Below, in pieces: positions 1-8,500 of a DNA stretch of 64,000 bases; the first letter of the stretch is position 1, and each line of letters begins with the position of its first letter. The notes below the pieces were generated by a model. The model did not search any database. It saw only the letters and a program-made list of their open reading frames with translations, and was not told the DNA's origin. The position numbers were made by a program, and so were the translations under genes. This stretch comes from a virus. Taxonomy: Duplodnaviria; Caudoviricetes. Location of the stretch: IMG/VR virus record IMGVR_UViG_2716884858_000003, positions 50,479 through 114,478 of that record; one strand, written 5' to 3'.

Positions 1-436
1 GCGGCCAGCGCGACGGCCGGTCCTCCCGTGCCGCTGCTCGCTACGGCCGCCCGACGACCCAGGGCCTGCCACCGTCCAAGTTCACCTAAAGCCTCGGACG
101 CGAGACCCGGACCAGCTCCCGGGCGTCCAGCAGCTCAACAACAGGCTTGCCGACACACCTGTCGCTTGGCAAGGCTCGGGCGTGCGGCGAGGGAATTCCC
201 CGTATGGCTGCGGCCAGCTGCATGCCGGCGACCGGGAAGTGTTGAGGGGGCGGCTTACGGTGTAGAGGAGCGGACTCACCTCCGCTGGCGCGGAGAGCAC
301 TTCGCGACCAGGTGCCACAGGCGGATGAGTTGCGACCCACCTCCGCTCGAGCGGAGGTGAACCGGTCGCCGCGCGTGGCTTCTGGTCCGAAAATGAAAGG
401 TGAGCCCAGGTCCGCGAGGTAGTGGGTGGGGTGTGT

Positions 437-1681
437 TCATGCGGCTTCGATGGGGTCGAAGCGGACGGTGAAGCCGAGGGCGTTGGCCTGCCGGGTGATG
501 CGTCGCATGGCGCGTTCCGGGTTGTGCCTGGCGTAGTAGTCGCCGCCGAGGTCGTGGAAGGCGACGTTGTCGGTGAGGATGTGCCAGACAGCGGTCAGCA
601 GGGTGTGTTCGAGGGCAACGAGGGCTTTCTTCTTGCCGAGACGGGGCACGAGGCGGTGGTAGCGGGCGCCGGGGTAGGTGCTCTTCCTGGTGTGGGAGGC
701 GGCCATGGCGGCGGTGCCGAGCGTGGCGCCCAGCCAGCGGTTTCCGTGGCGCCGACGTCCGGACTTGTGTTTCCCGGCGGACTCATGGTGGCCAGGGCAG
801 ACCCCGGCCCACGAGGCCAGATGGCCCGCGGTGCGGTAACGGGCCATGTCCCCGCCGGTCTCGGCGATGATGACCTCAGCGACGGCCCTGCCGACACCGG
901 GAATGGTCTGCAGCAGCTCAATCTGCTGGGAGAAAGGGAACATCTCGGCCTCGATCCGTGCGGACAGCTCCCCGATCGCCTCGGTGAGATGGTCGATCCG
1001 CTCCAGATGCAGCCGGCACAGGAAAGCGTGATGCTCACCGAAGTTCCCGGTCAGTGCCTCCACCAGTGCGGGGATCTTCGGCCGCATCCGGGCTTTGGCC
1101 ATCCCCGCCAGGGCGTGGACATCGCGCTCCCCCTCGATGAGCGCGTCCAGCATCGCCCGCCCGGAGACGCCCATGATGTCGGTGGCCACGCTGGAGAGCT
1201 TGATGCCCGCGTCCTCCAGCTCCTTCTCCAGGCGCTGGACTTCCCGGGACCGCTCCGCGGTCAGGCTGGCGCGGTAGCGGGTCAGATCCCGTAGGTGCCG
1301 GACCGGCTCGGGCGGCACGAACGACGCCTTGAGCAGGCCGCATTCGCCGAGCTGGCACAACCAGGCGGCATCGGCGACGTCGGTCTTGCGGCCGGGCAGG
1401 CCCTTGGCGTGCGCGGCGTTGACCAGGATCACGTTCAGGCAGTCCTCCAGCAGGTAGAACGCACCTCGCCAGTAGTCGCCCGTCGCTTCCAACACCACGA
1501 GGGTGACCTTCTCGGCGAGCAGCCAGTCCCGCAACTCGAGCAGGGAGTTGGTTACGGTGGCGAACGTACGGATCTCCTGCCGGCGCGAACGCCTGCCGGA
1601 AGGATTCGGGGTGCGGACGCACGCCTTGAGGTCCTTCTTGCCGATATCCAGCGCGGCACACCGCTCATGCAGTACGTCCAC
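437..1681 (-). CDS. IS110 family transposase/recombinase (414 aa)
   Basis: ALDIGK, VLEATG, RKTDVADA, TIPGVG, HHESAG motifs; GTG start at 1681 chosen by alignment with the two neighbouring copies (MDVLHERC). Confidence 0.95.
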   Translation of the reverse strand: MDVLHERCAALDIGKKDLKACVRTPNPSGRRSRRQEIRTFATVTNSLLELRDWLLAEKVTLVVLEATGDYWRGAFYLLEDCLNVILVNAAHAKGLPGRKTDVADAAWLCQLGECGLLKASFVPPEPVRHLRDLTRYRASLTAERSREVQRLEKELEDAGIKLSSVATDIMGVSGRAMLDALIEGERDVHALAGMAKARMRPKIPALVEALTGNFGEHHAFLCRLHLERIDHLTEAIGELSARIEAEMFPFSQQIELLQTIPGVGRAVAEVIIAETGGDMARYRTAGHLASWAGVCPGHHESAGKHKSGRRRHGNRWLGATLGTAAMAASHTRKSTYPGARYHRLVPRLGKKKALVALEHTLLTAVWHILTDNVAFHDLGGDYYARHNPERAMRRITRQANALGFTVRFDPIEAA

Positions 1682-1689
1682 GAATCCCT

Positions 1690-1910
1690 CCCAGGCAACG
1701 ACGTGACATGCCAACGGCACGCCGTCCGGAGGGACCACAGGGCTGAAGAGTCTGGTCCGCGTGCTGCCGCAACAATTGACGGTCCCTGTCAGCGATCCCC
1801 ATCGCCATCCTGACACGCGAGCTCACAAGGCATCACAGTGAAACCGGCGTTCCGGACGGAGCAGACTCATTTTCCCGCCTCCACGGCGGCCCGCGCAGCG
1901 GCCTGGGTTC
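1690..1910 (-). ncRNA. Putative bridge RNA region of IS-a
   Basis: Non-coding end with donor-matching CTGGTCCG (1752-1759) and candidate target guide CTGACACG (1810-1817); RNA boundaries approximate. Confidence 0.6.
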
Positions 1911-1953
1911 CTGGTCCGAAAATAACGTCTGAGCCTCCGCTGGGCAGGCGGTG

Positions 1954-3198
1954 TCATGCGGCCTCGATGGGATCGAAGCGGACGGTGAGGCCGAGGGCGT
2001 TGGCTTGCCGGGTGATGCGGCGGAGGGCTCGTTCGGGGTCGTGCTTGGCGTAGTAGTCGCCGCCGAGGTCGTGGAAGGCGGCGTCATGGGTGAGCATGTG
2101 CCAGACCGCGGTCAGCATCGAGTGCTCCAGGGCGACCAGGGCTTTCTTCTTGCCCAGGCGGGGCATCAGACGCATGTAGCGGGCGCCGAGGTAGGTGCGA
2201 TCGCGGGTGCGGGAGGCGGCCATGGCCGCGGTGCCCAGGGCGGCGCCGAGCCACCGGTTGCCGTGTCGTCTGCGGCCGGACTTCTGTTTGCCGGCGGATT
2301 CGTGGTGGCCGGGGCAGACACCGGCCCAGGAGGCGAGGTGCCCGGCGGTGCGGAAGCGGGACATGTCGGCGCCGGTCTCCGCGATCAACACCTCCGCGAC
2401 GGCCTGCCCGACTCCGGGGATGGTCTGGAGCAGCTCAACCTGGCGGGCAAAAGGGTGCATCTCCTCCTCGATCCGCGCGGAGATCTCCGCGATGGTGGCC
2501 TTGAGGTGGTCGATGCGCTCCAGGTGCAGACGGCACAGGAAGGCGTGGTGCTCGCCGAAGTTCCCGGTCAGCGCCTCCATCAGTTCGGGGATCTTGGGGC
2601 GCATGCGGGCCTTGGCCATCTGGGCCAGGGTGTGCACGTCGCGTTCCCCGTCGATGAGCGCGTCGAGCATGGCCCGGCCGGAGACGCCGAGGATGTCGGT
2701 GGCCACCGCGGAGAGCTTGATGCCTGCGTCCTCGAGTTCCTTCTCCAGCCGCTGGGCCTCGCGGCTCAGCTCGCCGGCGAGGGTGGTGCGGTAGCGGGTG
2801 AGGTCGCGCAGGTGCCGGATGGGCTCCGGCGGCACGAACGAGGCTTTCAGCAGCCCGCACTCGCCCAGCTGGCACAGCCAGGCCGCGTCCGCGACGTCCG
2901 TCTTGCGGCCGGGCAGGCCCTTGGCGTGGGCTGCGTTCACGAGGATGACGTTGAGGCAGTCCTCCAACAGGTAGAACGCGCCGCGCCAGTAGTCGCTGGT
3001 GGCCTCCATGACCACCAGGGTGATGTTCTCCGCGACCAGCCAGTCCCGCAGCTCCAACAGGGCGTTGGTGGTGGTGGCGAAGGTTCGGATCTCCTGGCGA
3101 CGGCTGCGGCGTCCGCTCGGGGAAGGGGTGCGCACGCACGCCTTGAGGTCCTTCTTGCCGATGTCCAGCGCGGCGCACCGCTCGTGCAGCACGTCCAT
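1954..3198 (-). CDS. IS110 family transposase/recombinase (414 aa)
   Basis: Same motifs; closely similar to the IS-a protein. Confidence 0.95.
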   Translation of the reverse strand: MDVLHERCAALDIGKKDLKACVRTPSPSGRRSRRQEIRTFATTTNALLELRDWLVAENITLVVMEATSDYWRGAFYLLEDCLNVILVNAAHAKGLPGRKTDVADAAWLCQLGECGLLKASFVPPEPIRHLRDLTRYRTTLAGELSREAQRLEKELEDAGIKLSAVATDILGVSGRAMLDALIDGERDVHTLAQMAKARMRPKIPELMEALTGNFGEHHAFLCRLHLERIDHLKATIAEISARIEEEMHPFARQVELLQTIPGVGQAVAEVLIAETGADMSRFRTAGHLASWAGVCPGHHESAGKQKSGRRRHGNRWLGAALGTAAMAASRTRDRTYLGARYMRLMPRLGKKKALVALEHSMLTAVWHMLTHDAAFHDLGGDYYAKHDPERALRRITRQANALGLTVRFDPIEAA

Positions 3199-3209
3199 GA
3201 GAGCCCTCC

Positions 3210-3424
3210 CCGTCTACGGCCGACAGCAACAGCGTGCCGTCCGGAGGGGCCACAGGGCTGAAGAGTCTGGTCCGCGTGCTGCAGCAACAATTGACGGTTC
3301 CTGTCAGCGGCCCCCGACGCCATACTGACGCTCGAGCTCATAGGCATCACAGATTCGCCGGCGTCCCGGACGGACACGCCCCCATTTTCCCGGCCTCACG
3401 GCGGCCGCGCAGCGGCCTGGGTTA
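3210..3424 (-). ncRNA. Putative bridge RNA region of IS-b
   Basis: CTGGTCCG (3267-3274) matches own end; CTGACGC (3325-3331) matches its flank at 3425-3431; boundaries approximate. Confidence 0.6.
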
Positions 3425-3516
3425 CTGACGCGTAAATAGATCCTGTTCAGGGTGGGTGTGGGTAGGGCTGGGCGCCCGGTGACCGTGGCGGGGCCGCCGG
3501 GTGTCCGGTTTGTCGG

Positions 3517-4761
3517 TCAGGCTGTGTTCTCCCTCGGGTTGAGGGTGACGGTGTAGCCGAGCTGGTTGAGCTGGTTGATGGCTCGGCGGGTGGCGCGTTC
3601 GGGGTCGCGTTGGGTGAAGTAGGTGCCGCCGAGCTCGTGGTAGGGGACGTTGTCGGTGAGCATGTGCCAGATCGCGGTGATGATCGAGTGCTCGACGGCG
3701 ACCAGTGCCCTGAGCGGGCCGCGGCGGGCGGTCAGACGCTTGTAACGGGCCTGCAGGTAGGTGTCCTTGGTTCTCACCGCGCCGAATGCCGCGAGGCCGA
3801 GGGCGCCTTTGAGGTAGGGGTTGCCGGGCCGGACCTTGGTGTTCTTGGTGCGGCCGGCGGATTCGTGGTGGCCCGGGCAGACCCCGGCCCAGGACGCGAG
3901 GTGCTTGGCCGTCGCGAAGCGGGTCATGTCGCCGCCGGTCTCCGCGACGATCACTTCGGCGGTCGCCTGGTTGATCCCGGGGATGGTGTCGAGCAGGTCG
4001 AGGGCGTCACGAAAGGGAGCCATCGCCTCCTCAACCCGCCCGGAGAGCTGGTCGATCATGGAGGTGAGCTGGTCGTACTGGTTCAGATGCAGGCGTGTCA
4101 GGAACGCGTGGTGCTCGCGGAAGCGTCCGGTCAGGGCCTCGGTGAGTTCGGGGATCTTGTTGCGGAGCTTGCGCTTGGCCAGGTCCGCGAGGACCTGCGG
4201 GTCGGCTTCGCCGCTGATGAGGGCTTCGAGCATGGCCCGGCCGGAGACGCCCATGATGTCGGAGGCGACCGCGGAGAGTTTGATGCCGGTGTCCTCCAGC
4301 AGTTTCTCCAGCCGCTGCACCACGCGGGAGCGTTCGCGGGTGGCGGTGGTCCGGGCCCGGGTGAGGTCGCGTAGTTCACGGACCGGTTCGGGCGGCACGA
4401 AGGAGGGCCTCACCAGGCCGTGGGCACCGAGCTGGGCCAGCCAGGCCGCGTCCGAGACATCCGTCTTGCGGCCGGGCAGGTTCTTGACCTGCCGGGCGTT
4501 GACCAGGATCACGTTCAAGCCCTCGGACAGCACGTAGTAGAACGGCTTCCAGTAGTCCGAGGTCGCCTCGATCACCACCAGCGTCACCCGTGCGGCGAGC
4601 AGATGGTCGCGCAGGGCGAGGACCGCGTTCGTCGTCGATCCCCACGTCGTGGTCTCGGTCGTGAAGGACCCCCGCCGCTTCGTACTCGGAGTACGGACAC
4701 ATGCCTTGGCGTCCTTCTTGCTGATATCGAGGCCCACGCAGCGTTCGTGCAGCACGTCCAC
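3517..4761 (-). CDS. IS110 family transposase/recombinase (414 aa), more divergent paralogue
   Basis: GLDISK, VIEATS, RKTDVSDA, TIPGIN, HHESAG. Confidence 0.95.
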   Translation of the reverse strand: MDVLHERCVGLDISKKDAKACVRTPSTKRRGSFTTETTTWGSTTNAVLALRDHLLAARVTLVVIEATSDYWKPFYYVLSEGLNVILVNARQVKNLPGRKTDVSDAAWLAQLGAHGLVRPSFVPPEPVRELRDLTRARTTATRERSRVVQRLEKLLEDTGIKLSAVASDIMGVSGRAMLEALISGEADPQVLADLAKRKLRNKIPELTEALTGRFREHHAFLTRLHLNQYDQLTSMIDQLSGRVEEAMAPFRDALDLLDTIPGINQATAEVIVAETGGDMTRFATAKHLASWAGVCPGHHESAGRTKNTKVRPGNPYLKGALGLAAFGAVRTKDTYLQARYKRLTARRGPLRALVAVEHSIITAIWHMLTDNVPYHELGGTYFTQRDPERATRRAINQLNQLGYTVTLNPRENTA

Positions 4762-4774
4762 GGCCTTGCTCCCT

Positions 4775-5054
4775 CCCGTGCCGAACAGCCGAGTACGCCG
4801 TTCCGGGAGGGCCAGGGTGAATCAGGAATTCTGACGCACGTGCTCACAACAACACTCCACGGTTCCCGTGGACGGCCCCCAGCACCACGCTGACCTGCGA
4901 GCTCACCGGCATCACAGAAATATCGGTTTCGGCCGGAACGGACACCACCACGATCCCGAACGGCATCACCCCAGGTCAGGGCAGACAGAAGCACCTCCGG
5001 CGCGCACACGGGATTTACCACGCCCCCGGCGCGCACCGAAGGTGCGCTGGATCG
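4775..5054 (-). ncRNA. Putative bridge RNA region of IS-c
   Basis: CTGACGC (4831-4837) matches own end; CTGACCTGCGA (4890-4900) matches flank 5055-5065 at 11/11; boundaries approximate. Confidence 0.65.
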
Positions 5055-5114
5055 CTGACCTGCGAAAAAGGGAAGCTTGAGGCAGGGGCGGGAAGATCGC
5101 GGACGATCCTCAAA

Positions 5115-5162
5115 GGACTCATAATCCGTCGGCCGTGGGTTCGAGTCCCACCCGCCCCACCA
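5115..5162 (+). pseudogene. 3' half of tRNA with CAT anticodon (probably tRNA-Ile2); att-site duplicate
   Basis: GGA-CTCATAA-TCC anticodon arm, GTGGG-TTCGAGT-CCCAC T arm, CCGCCCC-A-CCA end; no canonical D arm upstream. Confidence 0.85.
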
Positions 5163-5464
5163 CAAGCATGCCCTGGCCTGCGGAAACGTTCCTCGTCGGG
5201 TGTTGGAGCGTCAACTTCCGTCCAGCGGACGGAATCCGCTGCTCGCGTGCTTGGGGTCGTAGCGGTCTGTGGCGGTCGGCACTCCGCTGACCTGCGGGGA
5301 CGTATCGATCCGCTCGTGGCCCGAGCCATCGCGGGTCGCCGGTCTGGCGACGGAACGGTGATTTGAGGACGCTGGCAGGTCGCGGGGACCGGAAGTGTCC
5401 TCGAGGGTCGGTGGGTGCGGTGTGTGCCTGCTGTGGAGCGCAAGGTGTTCCTGGCCCTACGGCA

Positions 5465-5499
5465 GGGCCCCGCCGCTCCTGGTGGGTGCGGCGGGGCCC
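5465..5499 (-). terminator. GC-rich hairpin downstream of LamG gene
   Basis: GGGCCCCGCCGC / GCGGCGGGGCCC 12-bp stem. Confidence 0.6.
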
Positions 5500-5516
5500 G
5501 GGTGTCGGTGGTGGGG

Positions 5517-8500
5517 TCAGTGCAGTGCGCCGACCTCGGTTGCTGAGAGCGTCCGTGGGTAGACGTGGAGGTCGGCGACGGAGCCGGGGAAGGCCAGGTA
5601 GGGGCTGGTGGCTGCTGCGCTGTTGACGCAGCCGCCGATGGTCAGGGGCATGGAGGAGTCGTACTGGGGGCTGAGGTTGGTGGCGGTCCCCATGAGGGTC
5701 CCGTTTTGGTAGAGGGCCATCGAGCCGGTGCCGGACTTTCCGGCGACGGGTGCCCGGTAGGCGGCGACGAGGTGGGTCCAGGTGCCGATGGGGCCGGTGT
5801 TGGGGTCTCCTTCTGCGGTGGGGAAGTCGGAGTTCTCGTCGTTGGTGGTGGTGGTCTGGAACATCCAGGCGCCACTGGGTTTGTCGTAGGAGATGTAGAA
5901 CGCCTGGTGTTGGGTGGTGCCCTGGCAGACAGCGGTGGTGCCGAGGGCTGAGTTGATCTTCACCCAGGCGGAGACGGTGTAGTCGCCGAGTGTGTTCACC
6001 GCGCTCTGCTTGCTCTTGAGGAAGCCGGTGTTCCCGTCGAAGGCGACGCTGCCGGCCATCCCGCTCGGTGCGTCGGTGCCGTAGGTGGCGCTGCCGGAAG
6101 CGGTGAACGGGTTGAGGGCGGCGGTGTCGGTCCCGCTGGTGGCGAGCTTCCATTCGTCCTCGGGCATCCCGTTGCCCCAGCCCGCCGGCACGATCACGCT
6201 GTCTGCGCCGGCCTGGTCGCTCGGCATGGCGTACGGGTAGGTGTGAACGTCGGCCACGGAGCCGGGGAAGGCGGCGTACGGCGTGGTCGCGTCGACGCTG
6301 TTGACGCAGCCGCCGATGGTCAGGGGCATGGACGAGTCGTACTGCGGGGTGACGTTGTTGGCCGTCCCCATCAGGGTGCCGTTCTGGTAGAGCGACATCA
6401 CGCCCGTGCTGGAGTCGCCGTCGACCGGGGCCGTGTACGTGACCAGCAGGTGCGCCCAGGTGCCTACGGCGGCGGTGTTGCTGTCTCCCTCTGCGGTGGG
6501 GAAGTCGGCGCTGGCGTCGTTGGTGGTCGTGGTCTGGAACATCCAGCCCTTGTTGCCGCTGTCGTAGCCGATGTAGAGGGCCTGGTGCTGGCTGGTGCCC
6601 TGGCAGATGGCGGTGGCGCCGACATCTGAATTGATCTTCACCCAGGCGGAGATGGTGTAGTCGCCGGAGGTGTTGACGGCGGTGTGGTCGCTCTCCAGGA
6701 ATCCGGTGCTGCCGTCGAACGACGCCGAGCCGGCGCCGGCGTTGACCGCGTTGGGGCCGTCGGAGCTGAAGGTCGCGCTGCCGACTGCGGTGAGCGGGTT
6801 GTCTGTGTTGCTGTCGGTGCCGTCGGTGGCCAGCTCCCAGTCGTCCTCGGGGGTGTCGCTGCCGGTGGCGAGCGGGACGATCAGGTTCGGCTTGATGTCG
6901 ACCACGGTGTTGGTGTCGTTGAGGTACTGGCTGGCGAGGTCGGTGTAGTAGGCGTTGGAGGGGTTGCCGCCTGAGAGGTCGGCCGCTTTCACGGTTGAGG
7001 AGGTGGTGTTGCCGTCCGTGGAGACCGCGGCGGCGAAGTCGATGACCTGGGTGGAGAAGCTGTCGAACAGGTAGCCGTTGACCAGCTGACGTGCGGATTC
7101 CTGGGTTGCTGTGCCTGGGTGGGCGGCGGTGAAGGGCGGGATGGTGGCGAGGTAGACGGTGATGTTGGAGTTCTGGGTGATCGGATTGTTGTTGGCGTCG
7201 TAGGTCTGGCTGTCGTCGGTGTAGTACGAGCTCAGCTGGCTGTTGAGGGAGGCCAGTCCGTTCTCCACGTTGGTGGCGCAGGTTCTGGCGTCGCTGGTGC
7301 AGTTGAGGAGGTCGGCGGCGCCGGTGGAGACGAGGACGGTGCGCACGTTGCCCTGGGCCAGCACGTTGCGGTCCACGGGGTTGAGCGCGTCTTTCGGGAC
7401 GACGCTGTTGGTGATCTGGGGCAGCAGGTTGTTGCTCAGGCTGGTGCTGTTGGTGCCCGCGTTGAGGACGCCGTAGTCCACGGAGTTGTCCCCGTTGGTG
7501 TCACTGACCAGAGCGTTGGTGATGGCGTCGCTGAGGTGGTATGGGCTGTTGCTGCTGCCTGCGGTATCACCGTTGATGCTCTGGTCGCCGTAGAGGACCA
7601 GCGAGCCGGTGGGGGTGGAGGTGGGGGTGTAGCTGGGGGTGGTGACGTCGATGCCGGTGAGGTAGGGCAGACCGGTGTAGGTGGTCTGCGTGTAGTTGGT
7701 GGCGGCGGTGTCACTGGTGCGGTTGGCGGCATCGCTGGCCCAGACGGGGGTCTGGGCCACGGCGTGGCCGGGCATCGCCGACGTTGAGCCGTGCACCTGC
7801 AGGCTGATCAGGACGGTCGCCTGTTGTGTGACGGGCAGGGTCACTGGGTTGCTGGTGGCGTCGCCACCTGCCGGGATGGTGACGGAGGGGGAGGCGGGGG
7901 TGCCGAAGGTCAGCGGGGTCGGGGTTGCGGTCGCGGTGGCGCCGCCTGCTGTGGTGTCCTGCAGTGCGACGGAGGCCGCGTCGAAGGTCACCGGGGTGGT
8001 GCCCATGGCGTTGGACAGGTGGATGCGTACGCCGTTGCCGGTGTCGGTACCGACACTGACGTGCGCTGGGATACGGAGCGTCTGCCCTGCGTTGATGCTG
8101 GCGGTGTTGCCGTTGGACTGCTGCACCTTGGCGGTGTCCTGGACCGAGGCCCAGGTGCCGACCCAGTGCTGGGGGCTTGATCCGCCGGTGAGGGTCATCG
8201 GCCGCAGGCCGAGCCCGAGGACGTGCAGGGAGGGCTGGCCTGCCTGGACGCCGTTGGTGAACAGCGGCAGGGAGATGCTGCTGACGACCGAGCCGGGGCA
8301 TTGCAGCGGGACGCTGATGGCGTAGATCTTGGGGCCGGGGCTCGGGCTGGTCTGTGTGTTGTTGCTGTGGTTCTCGTGGACCAGGCTGATGGAGGCCGCG
8401 GAGGCCGGGCCGGAGAGCCAGTCGGGCACGGTGTCCAGTTGGTAGGGCTGATCGAATGGGTTGTTTTGGTCCGCGCAGTTGTTCTTGGCGTAGGTGATGG

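Larger units (their letters stand above)
382..1913 (-). mobile_element. IS110-family element 1 (IS-a)
   Basis: Bounded by CTG cores at 382-384 and 1911-1913; no terminal IRs or TSD; DEDD transposase plus ~230-bp non-coding end. Confidence 0.85.
1911..3427 (-). mobile_element. IS110-family element 2 (IS-b)
   Basis: CTG cores at 1911-1913 and 3425-3427; same end sequence CTGGTCCGAAAAT as IS-a. Confidence 0.85.
3425..5057 (-). mobile_element. IS110-family element 3 (IS-c)
   Basis: CTG cores at 3425-3427 and 5055-5057; end ctggatcgCTG parallels ctgggttcCTG and ctgggttaCTG of the other two. Confidence 0.8.

Noticed and set aside
1-380. Short ORFs at window start
   Set aside because: No recognisable motif or codon bias
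5085-5162. Intact functional tRNA
   Set aside because: No U8/A14/G18G19 D-arm and a mismatched anticodon stem; treated as att remnant
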